A DNA stretch of 64,000 nucleotides from Squalus acanthias (GCA_030390025.1 CM059432.1:44332001-44396000), one strand, 5' to 3'. Positions 49,536 to 62,891 are shown, counted from the first letter of the stretch. Made by a program: numbers and translations. Notes: a model not told the origin generated them from the sequence alone.

Positions 49536-50509
49536 CTATAAATAACAAGAGATAGCAGTTAGTCTTCCTGCTGACTTTATCTCTAGTCTTTTTAAACACA
49601 GGAGTTAAAAGTAAGAAGTATCCCCAAGGACTGTGATGCTATCCAGCTTCCCATTGTTCCTGTCAGATATAGTTGGCCACTTGCTCAGGAGAGCTGGGGT
49701 AGATCTGTATTTCTGTGGGCTTGCTCTCTATAGGAGACAAATCCTTTGTACCAGCCAGTTAAATGCTAGATAAGTCATTCTTTGTTAGTGAAATAAATTG
49801 TTAGGAGGAAAATGCTTTGATGAAAGTTGATAAGTTAATTATTTAATGCAATTTTATTTGTATGTGCTAATTGCCATATTTATTTTTGTTTTGTTATAAT
49901 TTTTGTTGTGCATTAAATTAAGTTTGAAGAATGACGACTCTTCAAGCGGCTCAATGAGCTGTGGCACTGTGATGAACAATTCACCTATGTAGCTAGATGA
50001 TTTATGCGATATGCTTTTCAGGTGACAGTTTCTAAATTTGTTTGAAGAATGTGCAGGAATCATTTGATATCCTGTCCCAAATGACACTGAGAAGAAAGCT
50101 CTGTTTCACATTTTCTCCATTGTGTGGTAATGATATGAAATTAATAAGACTAATAAGTTATTTACCAACAGAAAATTATTATCTGTATCTAGTTTCTCTT
50201 CTTGCAGTTTCTCTTCTGGAAAGTCCACTACAAACTTCTTATGTGGCTCAAAAATGTAAAAGCATTTGAATAATTAAGGAAACATCTGGATCCTGTAACA
50301 TCCTGTCAAATAATCATGCTGACTGAACCTGTACCTATACCCAAGAGGAGAGACAAGAGCTTTCCTCAAGTAATTAATCTGTTTTCCTCCCAACAATCAC
50401 TTGTCACCTACAACAAGTGAAGCTGCTAGGGATTTTACCATTGCAATTTAAATCCAGTATTTACATATACACCAATCATCAGCATTTCATTCTGGTTGGT
50501 TTGTAAAAA

Positions 50510-52018
50510 AATGGGGCGCTAACTTTTGAAAGCTGGAAAAATTAGCGCCAGGCGCTAATGATTCCCAGCTTTCTATAAATTTGGAGCGCTAAAGTGAGTG
50601 GGCAAACATTTGGTAGATGGAGTATAATGTGGGAAAGTGCGAGGTTATCCACTTTGGCAGGAAAAATAAAAAAGCAAATTATTATTTAAATGGAGAGAGA
50701 TTACAAAATGCTACAGTTCAGAGGGACTTGAGGGTCCTTGTGCATGAAACACAAAAAGTTAGCATGCAGGTACAGCAAGTAATCAAAAAGGCAAATGGAA
50801 TGTTGGCCTTTATTGCAAGGAGGTTGGAGTATAAAGTCAGAGAAGTCCTGCTACAACTGTACAGGGTATTGGTGAGACCACACCTTGAGTACTGCGTACA
50901 GTTTTGGTCTCCTTATTTAAGGAAGGATATACTTGCATTGGAGGCAGTTCAGAGACGATTCACTAGGTTAATTCCAGAGATGAGGGGGTTGACTTATGAG
51001 GAAAGGTTGAGCAGGTTGGGCCTATACTCATTGGAATTTAGAAGAATGAGAGGTGATCTTATTGAAACATATAACATACTGAGGGGGCTCGACAAGGTAG
51101 GTGTAGAGAGGATGTTTCCCTTCATGGGGAAATCTAGAACTCGGGGGCATAGTTTCAGAATAAAGGGTCGCCCTTTTAGAACTGAGATGAGGAGGAATTT
51201 CTTCTCTCAGAGGGTCGTACATCTGTGGAATTCTCTGCCCCAGAGAGCCGTGGAGGCTGGGTCATTAAATACATTTAAGGTGGAGATAGACAGATTTTTG
51301 CAAGATAAGGGAGTGAAGAGTTATGGGGAGTGGGCAGAGAGTGGCTTTGAGCCCAAGATCAGCCATGATCTTATTGAATGGCGGAGCAGGCTCGAGGGGC
51401 CAAGTGGCCTATTCCTGCTCCTATTTCTTATGTTCTTATGTTCTTATGTTCTAAAGGACGCAGACAGGGCGGTAGTGGTGCAGCTCTGCACAATGTCCCA
51501 TGCAGTGCTGCCGAAATCCTAGGCTCCTTCCCTCCCTTAATGGGAAGGGCCATCGCTGTAGGCCCTGCATTGGGACCAGTTAGCTGTTCCCCGACGGCAG
51601 CTGCGATCCAGCAGAGTGCCGGGCTAATCGATCGCGGCCGAAGGAAAATGGAAAAAGATTCAAGTACTGCGTTGCAACAATTTTACTACTTACCGCGTCA
51701 ACATCCCCTTTAACTTGTGCACCCGAAGCATCCAGCCTCCTGAACAACGCCTCCTGCAGCTGTCGGTGATGTCGCCCGGTGATACTGCAGGGGGCGGAAC
51801 CAAAGTTCATGTCCGGGGTGCTACCAGGGCAATGTGCAGGACAATGACGTCACGATCTCCGGGCGCAGGAGATCGTGGCGCACTGTGTTACCGCCACCGC
51901 AAACCTCTTGGCCAATTTAGCGGGAGTAGCTCATTTCATCGCGCCCGGTCGGTAAGCGCCCCGTTATCGCCCCCTGGAGGTGATAACAGGAGGTTCTAAG
52001 GAGGCCAATTTCTAGCCC
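50510..52018. mobile_element. Harbinger-like MITE remnant interrupted by a CR1
   Basis: Right end CCAATTTCTAGCCC followed by TTA resembles the 26860 TIR; AGCGCC/GGCGCT motifs; left TIR not found. Confidence 0.6.
50595..51450 (+). mobile_element. 5'-truncated CR1 LINE
   Basis: ORF 50617.. (KCEVIHFG, LVRPHLEYCVQFW, FFSQRVV); (TTCTTATG)n tail; CTAAAG at both junctions. Confidence 0.92.
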
Positions 52019-53185
52019 TTAATGTCTTAAAAAAAATTATATTAAAAAGAGGAAAAAGCAATCAATTATGAAGTTCAAATATGTTGAAAATTAACCAGAC
52101 TGTATGGTTTTTAATGTAAAAAAATATATTTTCATGGGGAAGTTTCACTTGGACTCTCTAGGGTTGCATTACTAGTTTAAGGTAGTTGAAAAGACTGTTA
52201 AAATTCTAAATTTACTACCTACAGCCCTGACTGGAATGATCCGACGGTCAATAAGTTAGGGTTTAAATCCTTCACTTGTTATTAGAAAATAACTTTTTTC
52301 TCACAGTAATTTATTACCTGCTGGATGAAAGTATATTTAAAAAGTAATTCATTCTCAAAAATGGCAATTACAAAGTAGTTTTCAATAAAATAGGCCAAAA
52401 ATCCTTTTATTTTTAGGTGAAAAAAGCAATGCTCATGTTATTATAGATTCCAAAATACGGGGAAAGGCACCAAACACAGTGTTAAAAATCCAAAGTTTTG
52501 TGGTTGGGGTGGGGGCGGTGGGAGTGGAGGATGCATGTTTCCAGATCTCCTCCTAGAAAATAAATCTTGTGTTTTCACTTTGTACACCCTTTTCGGCTTC
52601 CCTGTACTTACAATGAAGGAAAGTTGAGGATAATTACAGTTTAAGTTACAAGCCCATGTTGTCCTGCAATTTTAGAATAATTATTTGCTGTCACATGTCA
52701 TGGCTTTTATTCAATTCTGTTTTTGAGCTGTCAAATATTTTGGGACCATGTCAGCTTTTTTGAAGTTATTTGTCAGCTTTTGTTAGTTTTCTAGTTGATA
52801 TATCATTTAACTCATTGAATGTAGTATGTAACATGTAATTAATAACTTTGGAGGCTCATTATATGACTGGTAAACACAAATGGTACCCATTGCATGAGTA
52901 CAGCAAATAAATCTGTATGTTCAAAGGTTACCTCTAAGGTAGACTAAATGTTTTTTCTTTAAATTTATTTCATTTCAATCATCATTTCCACCTTTTTCAG
53001 GGGCAACTGTTTCGGTCTCATGATATGCTTATGCTTCTTTCTCTCGATATAGTTTCTTTGGCAGGATGTCAACCATATGGAGGGAGTCTGGAAGAATTAA
53101 TGGAGTTTCAAGCCCAGCAGCATCAGGAACAACAACAACTTCTCACACAACAACTGATAAACAGCAGGAGCAAGCCTGTTCATTG

Positions 53186-53452
53186 ATAAGAACAAAAGAA
53201 CATAAGAATTAGGAGCAGTAGTAGGCCCTTCGAGTCTGCTCCGCCATTCAATAAGATCATGGCTGATCTTCGACCTCAACTCCACTTTCCCGCCCAATCC
53301 CCATATCCCCTGATTCCCCTAGAGTCCAAAAATCTGTCTATCAGCCTTGAATATACTCAACGACACAGCTTCCACGGCCCTTTGGTGTAGAGAATTCCAA
53401 AGATTCACAACCCTCTGAGTGAATAAATTCCTCCTCATCTCAGTTTTAAATG
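53186..53452 (-). mobile_element. CR1 3' end fragment
   Basis: CR1 3' UTR (GGCTCGAAGGGCC-type hairpin) and microsatellite tail on the minus strand. Confidence 0.8.
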
Positions 53453-53665
53453 ATATTGTTCAATTGCATAGGTCCGCAAGCTGCTGGCCTTCAGCATTCT
53501 CTCGCTGATGTAAGGCAAAGGCCTCAGTATCATTTCAGTTGGTACTTGTGGTTTGGGGAACAAGGACATCTCTGTAACATCTTTATGATCCTCTACGTCC
53601 CTGAAGAAAGGAGAGCCTAGAGAGTAGGTACCCGTACTCTTAGATATTTTTCTGAATTCTTGGGG

Positions 53666-54150
53666 TCATAGAAGCATAGAAGATAGGAGCAGGAGTAGGC
53701 CACTCGGCCCCTCGGCCCCTCGAGCCTGTTCCGCCATTTAATGAGATCATGGCTGATCATCCAAATTCTGTACCCTGTCCCTGCTTTCTCCCCATATCCC
53801 TTGATCCCTTTAGCCTTAAGAAATATATCTATCTCCTTCTTGAATATATTTAATGAATTGGCCTCAACTGCCTTCTGTGGTAGAGAATTCCACAGGTTCA
53901 CCACTCTCTGGGTGAAGAAATTCCTCCTCATCTCAGTCCTAAATGGCTTACCCCTTATCCTTAGACTGTGACCTCTGGTTCTGGACTCCCCCGCCATCGG
54001 GAACATCCTTCATGCATCTAGTCTGTCTAGTCCTGTTAGAATTTTATAAGTTTCAATGAGATCCCCTCTCATTCTTCGAAACTCTAGCGAATATAAGCCT
54101 AATCGACCCAATCTCTCTTCATACGTCATTCCTGCCATCCCAGGTATCAG
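53666..54150 (-). mobile_element. CR1 3' fragment, same subfamily as 11711-14965
   Basis: Near-identical to 11711-12175. Confidence 0.9.
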
Positions 54151-54225
54151 TCAACCTCTGGCTTCCTTAGCACAGTTGAAAATACAATCAACTATCTTTA
54201 GTTTTCAAAAGAGGCATCCCATAAT

Positions 54226-54803
54226 TGGGGTAAGATGGTGATTTTACTTGCCATCGGGTTTCCTAACCAATGGTTTAATTTAGTTTCCCGCCCGGCTGCA
54301 GAAATATGACAATTTGCGCTTTTAACCGCTGAGTGTCATTAATATGCTGCCACTCCACTTCCCACCTGGAATGGGCAGGAAGCGACTGACATCTTCCGGA
54401 AAATTGGACAGCTCTTGGCCACCTGCCATCACTCAAGTAAGTGCGAAGAAGGGGTTTCAGAGTGGGGACAGGAGTTCAGGGCGGGGGAGGCCTAAACCTT
54501 CCTTATTAGGCCCGGAGGAGCACTCCTGCTCCTCGTGGCCACACAAAGACGAGCAGAAAAACTTAACAGGAGGGCCTCTTCAGTTTCCTAATCCTCTTCA
54601 CGTTGGCCTCTGCCTGGCGGGAAAGCCGTAACAGCTTCCTCACTCAGGCCAAAGTTAAAATTGCTGTCGGGGCCCGATTATGTCATCGGATCCCGATTAG
54701 CATACGTGAATCAGGACCCCACCAGCTTTAGGTGGGCAGCTTCCGTTAAAATCAGAAATGGCAGGATCCAGGCGACTATCCAGTGAGTAAATAACCTGGG
54801 CCA
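54226..54803. mobile_element. Probable old Harbinger-like MITE
   Basis: GC-rich island sharing GGCCCGGAGGAGCACTCCTGCTCC with about 15405-15430; termini unclear. Confidence 0.4.
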
Positions 54804-54909
54804 TTTCCTTTCATAAACTTGACTCTTTTTCTTCAAAGCTTTTCAATGGCAAAATGGTTAAAAAAAAATCCTGAAATGTGACAGGGAAGTTAGAAAAAAA
54901 ACGTACACA

Positions 54910-56670
54910 GAAATCTGGAATTCTCTGCCACAACCCATTGTTGAAGCAGATATTAGATAGTGTTTTGAAAATTGAATATTAAATGCAATGGGGAGGGAGT
55001 AGAGTGTGATTAGATTAGATGGCTCATGTGGAGAAAAACACTGGCGCAGATTTTATGGGTGGAATGGCCTGTTTCAGTGTTGTAATATTCTATAATCCTG
55101 TGATCTTTTATTGTTTTATTACACAAGGTTGGAGATATTTTCATTGTATTACAATGTGAGAACTAAAGTGAAGTGAAGAGAGAAATGACATTTATCTGCA
55201 ATTAGATATCATGTAATGAGCCTGCAGTCATTCCACAATCTATTTCAAAGGTCACTCATATAATACATAGAACACCATCAATGTAAGAATAGGAAAGGAT
55301 AATGAAGTCAAAAGGTTACTGGACTGGAAAGGGTAAAGTTTTAGTGAGATAAAATGGGATCTGGCCCAAATTAACTGGGTAGAAAGTTAGCAAACTGGTT
55401 GACAGATCAGCAGTGAGAAATCTTTAAATATGAGATACATAGGGGTAGAAATTAGGTCGCGCCCCATTTGGGGCGCAAATATCGTCCGGACGCAAATATT
55501 AGCGCCTGGCGCTAATTATCGGCACTGACAGGAAACTTCACTTTTACCGCCCCGGGAGGTGAGTGGAGCGCTAAAGCAGGCGCTGCACACCTCTCTTAAG
55601 GCGCAAAGGGCGAGCAGTGAGGCGCTAACTCGGAGCGCTGGCGAAGCTCATGTAATGTCAGTCAGCAATGGAACACACACACAATGGCACGGGCCAGTTC
55701 TTAAAGGGGATGGTTAATCTTGCTTTCCATCCACATCCTGTTCATTGCAGCCTTGAATCTCGGCCTGGAGAGACTTGCACATCAAATGTGCTGGAAAGTA
55801 CAATGGAGAGTACCAGGCAAAGAGCTCAGAGTGCAGCTCCCACAGTCTCTGCTAAATCGATACAAGATATGGCAAATCAAAATGAACCTGCAAAGTGCTG
55901 CTCAGTACCCAAAACTCCTTCACACAACGTTGAATCTCTCCAGAAGTCTCTCCCTCTCTCTCAGAATGCGTAGTTCAAAAATGCCACCAACAATAAAAGA
56001 CAGGAAGAGGCCCCCTTTAAATAGCGCCCCCCCCAGCCCCACAGCGATTGATAGCGTTCCAGTCTTCTGGTCGTTGGAAGCGCCAGGCGGTAAGGCAGGG
56101 GGCGCCACTCAATTTCTGCTACGGGGCGCCACAAGGGCGTTGCACCATGGAATGACGTCACAATCTGCGCGCGCAGGTGGTCGCAGCAGTAAGTTTTAGC
56201 GCCGCCGCACAATCTCAAGTTAAGTTCTCGAGCGGCGCAAACATCGCTGCGCCCGGGCGTTAGCGGCTTTGCGCCCCATTAGCGCCCTCTTAAGGCGCTA
56301 ACGGGAGGCGCAACCAAGTGAATTTTTACCCCATAGAGTACAAAATAAATATATTTGTATAAGGCGAAAAGGGGTTACATCAAAGTTAGAGATGTGTGGA
56401 TAAATAGAGAAAATAAACTAAACTGGAAAATATTAGCAGAACTCAAGGTGGATAAATATCCGGGCCCTGATGACATGCACCCTAGACTGTTGAAATATGT
56501 TACAGAGAAGATAGCAGAGGCACTGGCCACAATTTTTCAATCCTTCTTCAATATGCAATTTGTGCCATGTAACTGGAGAGTTGTCAATGTAATAGCCTTG
56601 TTCAAAAAGGGAGAGAAGGATAAACCTGGTCACTATAGACCAGTTAGTCTAATATCAGTTGTGGACGAAC
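54910..56670 (+). mobile_element. Old CR1 fragments around a MITE
   Basis: 3' tip about 54910-55100; DKYPGPDDMHPRLLK..YRPVSL in ORF 56355..56675. Confidence 0.7.
55442..56332. mobile_element. Harbinger-derived MITE, same family as 40937-41680, inverted
   Basis: TIRs GGGGTAGAAATT / AATTTTTACCCC (11/12); TSD ATA (55439-41, 56333-35). Confidence 0.9.
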
Positions 56671-58639
56671 TCTGATGTGTAAAATCATTTTATAGCAGCA
56701 TTTTGTATGAGGACAGCTCCAATATGATATTTTGCACTCCATGAGATGCTTGCATTCTGGGCTTTAATAGGAACTTCCTATTCTGAATTGTGTAATTTTC
56801 TTGTGAATTTTCTCTAACAGCTACACATTATTGAGTTGATTAGTGATAAGGAAACTTTAAAAGATGTCACATTTCTCTTCATTTCCAGCCACAGCCTCAA
56901 TATTAGCCTCAATTTTGAGTAGAACCAGAGCTCCATAAAGATGGATGGAAATAACATTAAAGTGCATCTTTCAAGGAACTCTTATTTATCAAGTGCTGCT
57001 GGAGATAACACTTTTATGCTTCAATGACTTCAAGACAATGAATGTCATTATTTCAACAACAGCAATAAAGTGGCCTGTAGAAGTAGTAAACAGGAAAAAT
57101 GCCAGTCCTAACTGAGAAACAAGATAGCATAACAGACTGATAGTGAAGGGTTTGTAATCCTAGATGCTTGTTGCGATCCCAAGATTTCAAGATTCAATTG
57201 CACAAATCTAGGATTTCCAAGTAGGGATTTGCATTGATATTTATAATTACTTTCATACTATAAGGTATCTCACCACCTGCTCCTTTATTTTTTATAAGCT
57301 TCTTGTTTCATTATCAGTCAGAAGTGCCACAGCAACCTAAAATACCAAGTCAGTGCAATCTAACAAGTAACCCAGTTGACCCAGTTGCTCCAATTAGCTG
57401 TCTTATTTGATTATTTTGATTTGATTGTTATTTTACCTGTGCCTCACTCCATTTTTCCTATTCCACAATATGACTCCTCTGCTTCTCTCTTTCTGTCCCA
57501 GTTTCTTTCTTTCTCACTCACCTCACCTGTGCCTCTCTCGCTCTATGCTTATCTCCAGCTACCGAAATCCTCTTCACCTTCTAATTTGGAACAGTACAGG
57601 CAGAGAACTTTATTCTTACTGTTCGGCCTCTTCTGCAATCCTGAAATTCTTGAATTTTTGGACATTACAATGGTTTTTCCAATTCTTATTCTTGTCTTCA
57701 TTTGTGCCTTATTGTAGCACTCCTCTGCAGCATTGGTGGTTCTATGAATAGGTGTCTTAAGCTATTGGAGTAGTGGGTATCCCATGTCACCCAACAGTCA
57801 TCCTGCCCCTTGCCCCTGTTGTTGAAATAGAGTACAGACACTGGACTGATGAAGTATAAAAGCTCTTAGCATGTTATGATTTCATAAGCAAGAAGTTATG
57901 CTCGTCATCGCAAATGAGCTAGACATTTAGGGAATGGAAGTCTTTGCGGTTCATATAAAGATGAGGGTTTACATTTGGGCTGCACAATGCCACATGGATG
58001 CCATCAATATGCCCACAACCCTGAAGAATCTGGCAATTCTAAAAAAATTGATTGCCCTCTCAGTCATCTGTCTGGGAGAAGTGTTGAATTATATACATCG
58101 AGTTGTCCTGGCAAAAAAGGCACTGAAGAGTTGCCTTATTGAGGAGAGCACAGCAAATTGGCTAATTTGTTGTGGTTCCCTGCAATGAGCTTGAGGCATA
58201 AAGGTTAAGAGCTGTGGTCAACTTCTCTGCCACATTGAGAGCTGTGTGTGTTGTGGTCCTTGGTTACAGATCTGGCTGCAGCAATGAACAGAACCCTACC
58301 AAAATGTCATGACTGAAGTGCAGCCTCCTGAGACCGAGCTCCTGTGAAAGGTCTAGGAAAGTGCACTGAGTCTATACATCCTGCTCGGTGGGTAGTGCTG
58401 GGATGGCCTGGTTTTCCTCTGGCTTCCCTTACAGCCTCTATCTTCCCCGCTTACCCCAGCGTATACATCATGTAAAAGTGGGAAGTTCATTGTGCAGCCC
58501 TCAGATCCAAGTTCAGTAGTTGAAATAGAATTCTTTCCAAGGTAATTTAGAATGTATGAGAAAACTTCCTGACTATAATAGTGAATTTATTTTCCCAATA
58601 CCTGCAATGTGTCTGAAGAAGGCAGCTAAGAGTCAATCA

Positions 58640-60907
58640 GTAAAAGTGACCATGAAGCTGTCGGATTCATAAAAACCCAACTGGTTCACTAATGCCCTTT
58701 AGTTGCTGTCCTTACCCTGTCTGGCCTATATGTGACTCCAGTCCCACACCAAGGTGGTTAACTCTTAACTGCCCATTGAAGTGGCTTAGAATGGATCACT
58801 CAGCTGTGACCTAAACACCGAATCAGAACACAACAAGGGGACACTGAGCTCAGTCAACCAAAGTCATCCTCACAAACATCTGGGGAACGACAGAACAGAC
58901 CCACAACAGGTGGGGGTACAGTGGTATACAGTCAGGGAGAGTGACCCTGGGAATCTTTAGCATTGACTCCAGACCCCCTGAAGTCTCAAGGCTTTAGGTC
59001 AAACATGGGCAAGGAAACCTCCTGCTGATTACCATCTACCATCCTCCCTCAGCTGATGAATCAGTACTCCTCCATGTTGAAAACCACTTGGAAGAAGCAC
59101 TGAGGGTAGCAAGGGCACAGAATGCACTCTGGGTGTGGGACTGTCATGTCCATCACCAAGAGTGGCTCAGTACTACTACCAATGACCAAACTAGAAGAGA
59201 GATATAGCTGCCAGACTGGGCTTGTGGCAGATTGTGAGAATAGCAACATGAGGGAATAACCTACTTCATAGAATCATAGAAAGTTACAGCACGGAAGGAG
59301 GCCATTTCGGCCCATCGTGTCCGCGCCGGCCAACAAAGAGCTATCTAGCCTAATCCCACTTCCCAGCTCTTGGTCTGTAGCCCTGCAGGTTAGAGCATCC
59401 CAAGTGCACATCCAAGTACTTTTTAAATGTGGTTAGGGTTCCTGCCTCTACCACCCTTTCAGGCAGTGAGTTTCCAGACCCCCACAACCCTCTGGGTGAA
59501 GAAATTTCCCCTCAAATCCCCTCTAAACCTTCCCCCAATTACTTTAAATCTGTGCCCCCTGGTTTTTGACCCCTCTGCTAAGGGAAATAGTTCCTTTCTA
59601 TCCACTTTATCTATGCCCCTCATAATTTTATACACCTCAATAAGGTCTCCCCTCAGCCTCCTCTGTTCCAAGGAAAACAAACCCAGCCTATCCAGTCTTT
59701 CCTCATAGCTAAGATTCTCTACTCCCGGCAACATCCTTGTAATTCTCCTCTGTACCCTCTCTAGTGCAATCACATCTTTCCTGTAATGTGGTGACCAGAA
59801 CTGCACGCAGTACTCTAGCTGAGGCCTAACTAGTGTTTTATACAGTTCAAGCATAACCCCCCTGCTCTTGTATTCTATGCCACGGCTAATAAAGGCAAGC
59901 ATTCCGTATGCCTTCTTAACCACCTTATCTACTTGGCCTGCTACCTTCAGGGTTCTGTGGACATGCACTCCAAGGTCCCTTTGTTCCGCTGCACTACTCA
60001 GTGTCCTACCATTTAATGTGTATTCCCTTTCCTTGTTAGCGCTCCCCAAATGCATTACCTCACACTTCTCCGGATTGAATTCCATTTGCCACTGTTCTGC
60101 CCACCTGACCAATTTATTGATATCTTCCTGCAGTCTACAGCTTCCTTCTTCAGTATCAACCACACAGCCGATTTTAGTATTATCTGCAAACTTCTTAATC
60201 ATACCCACTGGTGCAAGAAAACTACTAGGCACTTGGTCTAAGTGTTAAACAAAGCTTTAATCAACTGTTTTTCAACATGGAGATCTAGTTGTGTCCTTCA
60301 CTGGTTCCTGTCAAAGAATGTCCTGAGCAAGCTGGGCCCATGCCCGAGTATTTATACTCTCCCTGGACAGCGCCACCAGCAGGCCGCCCAGTATTACTTC
60401 ATAAGTCATTTCCACATGAATGACAAGATTCATGTCACCCCCTATATTCAAGTCAAGATCGTTGATATATACCACAAAAAGCAAGGGACCTAGTACTGAG
60501 CCCTGCGGAACCCCACTGGAAACAGCCTTCCAGTCCACTGGAAACATCCTCATCAGTTTACCTGTCGCAGATGCATCTATTCATGAAAGCATTGGTAAGA
60601 GTGACCACCAGACAGTCCTTGTGGAGACCAAGTCCTGTCTACACACAGAGGACACCCGCCATCATGTGGCACTACCACCATGTTAAATAGGATAGATCAA
60701 GAACAGATTTAGCAGCTCAAAACTGGGCATCCACAAGAAATTGTGGGCCATCATCATCAGCAGAATTGTACACCACCACAATATGTAATCTCATGACCTG
60801 GCATATCCCTCATTTCTTCATCACCATCAAGTCAGATGACCAACCCTGATTCAATGAGGAATGTAGAAGAACATGTCAGGAGCAGCACCAGGCATAGCTG
60901 GAAATAA
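58640..60907 (+). mobile_element. Decayed 5'/endonuclease part of a non-LTR element, split by a CR1
   Basis: Remnants of GG.V.Y, LLITIYHPPS, WVWDCHVHHQEWL, then IGKSDHQTV and PWFNEEC-like sequence after 60540. Possibly the same family as 985-2190. Confidence 0.65.
59266..60540 (-). mobile_element. 5'-truncated CR1 LINE with an unidentified insert
   Basis: ORFs 59459..60232 and 60311..60553 (GVPQGSVLGP, FADNTK); (ATTCTATG)n tail. Confidence 0.92.
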
Positions 60908-62130
60908 GGTGCTAGAAATTTGTCTTCGCAACACCACTCTGTAGCGCCATGAAATGCCACTAAAACACCAGCCATCACTCTTTCGCCAGCTGGCGGCGGG
61001 TTCTGCAGTGGCCGTCGTTTTCACCCCTCCTTTTGCGCTGCCGGTAACTGACAGCGCCCTGGAGAAAAAGATGGCGGTGTGGTGATGTCAATCAACGTGC
61101 AACGCCAACTTAACATCACCAATCTGAACTTTGACCCTAGCGCTGAATTCAGTGCTGGGTCCTAAGCACGCCAGGTAAACCCTGTGTGCAAGCAGGCTGA
61201 CAGTGGCGATGTCAGCACCTCTTAAACGGATACACACATCATTCAGGTAAGTTTGGATTTAAGATTTTGTACTGTTTTTTAAATGTTATTGAAGGAGTGG
61301 CTTGCTGCAATAAATGTTAAAAGTTTGTTAAGTGTGTAGGGAGTTCTGCTGGATGCTTGCAAGGCCTCGTATGGTAAAGGAAGGCTGCGAATACTCAACA
61401 GGTCAGGCAACATCCGTGGAGAGAGAAACAGTGTTCACATCTCAGGTTGAGATGCTGCCTGAGCTGCTGAGTATTTCCAGCATGTTATGCTGGCATTTCA
61501 GATTTACACCATCCATTCGCAGAGGCAACAGGAAGATGCAGAAGAGGAAGAAGCAGAAGAGGAGGAAGCCGAAAAGGAGGAAGCAGAAGAGGAGGAAGCA
61601 GAAGAGGAGGAAAGAGAAGGAAGAATGCATCCTAGACAGCCCCTTCGTGGCCGGGATATCCGTGATGGAATCATCCACCTGCGGTACCAATGACCACAAC
61701 CCCCATTCCCCTTTCAACATTAGTCCCACACCTTACCTTCCCTCTGTTACTGATCATCACAGTGTCCTCTTGGCCACGATGATGAAATAAAAGCCACCAC
61801 AAAGCAAACTTTCCAATCCAACTTTATACATCTATCCACCCAATATGACATTAAGAAATCAACTCATCACCCTTATGCATTCTCTTAGTGACTGTCTTGT
61901 GTGTGCCTTTGCCTATCCTACTGATGTCACACTTTGCTACCCCAGTGGCTGCAGCATAGCTGGTGGAAGGCTGCTGACTTTCAGTGGGTGACACTGCAAA
62001 TGGCCTTGCTGGTCCACCTTGAGGAGCTGGTGGCTGGGAGTGTGAAATCAATCTTTTTCTTCTTCTTCTTCTTCACTCTCCTCTCCCTCTTCTTGGTCAC
62101 CCACTGGTTGGACAGGCTGCATTTCTTGGG
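60908..62130. mobile_element. Internally deleted Harbinger relative of 38046-40227, inverted, one end seen
   Basis: Begins GGTGCTAGAAATTTG; 61520-62105 is the reverse-complement homologue of 39090-39610. Confidence 0.8.
61385..61505. mobile_element. Decayed fold-back Penelope pseudo-LTR fragment
   Basis: ATACTCAACAGGTCAGGCAACATC ... GATGCTGCCTGAGCTGCTGAGTAT; same family as 6325-6532; ribozyme core absent. Confidence 0.7.
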
Positions 62131-62279
62131 GTGAGGTGAGACATTTTACTACATTAACTGCACTATATAAATGCAAGTTGTTGTTCTTGAGATTCGAACC
62201 ATCATCAATATCCAAAAACTCAACTGGAGACCTCGGGAGGCATGTAGGTGCAAGTGGAATGGCAACTTGTAGATTATTT

Positions 62280-62891
62280 GGGGGGAAAATTGGGTTGCTT
62301 TGCGCCTCCCATTAGCGCCCGGGCGTGGCGTCGCCCATACCTCCCGTGAAATTCAGCGGGAGGTTAGTAGTGGCGCTAACTGGGAGCGCCCCGCGGCGCT
62401 GCGCCGCCGGCGATGACATCATTGCCGTGCGCAGCGCCCTGCCCGTGCCCCGGCCACGATCTTTGGGAGTGCCCCCTGACTTACCACCGGATGCTATGTC
62501 TGACAGGGTCAGGGGGGCCTACCTGCGGCCGGGGAGGCGCAATTTAAAGGCGAGGTGCGGGGCGGCCATTTTTGTTGCTGGCCGCCTGCCAGCACCTGCC
62601 TGCGCTGCCGTTCCCGGCCTCCTGAACGGCTCCCCCCGCGGAGTGCCGGCTGCGCTCCAACAGTCCGGCAGTTCTCTTGAGTGCCGGGCTCTTTTGCCGG
62701 CACTCCCGATCCCCGTGGGCCGAGCTGGGCCCCGGGTCGTGCTGCGCAAGGCCCCTCCCTTTAAGAACGGGAGGAAGGCCTGTATGGCACTGCGGCACGT
62801 TGCGCCGCAATATTGACTCGCAGCGAGGGTGTTAATTTTTCTGGGGCACTAAAAGTAGCGCCCCGGCGTAGTTAGCGCCCCATTTTAGCCC
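62280..62891. mobile_element. CpG-rich Harbinger-like MITE
   Basis: Left end GGGGGGAAAATTGGGTTGCTTTGCGCCTCCC resembles the 40937 end; right end CATTTTAGCCC; TTT flanks. Confidence 0.65.
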
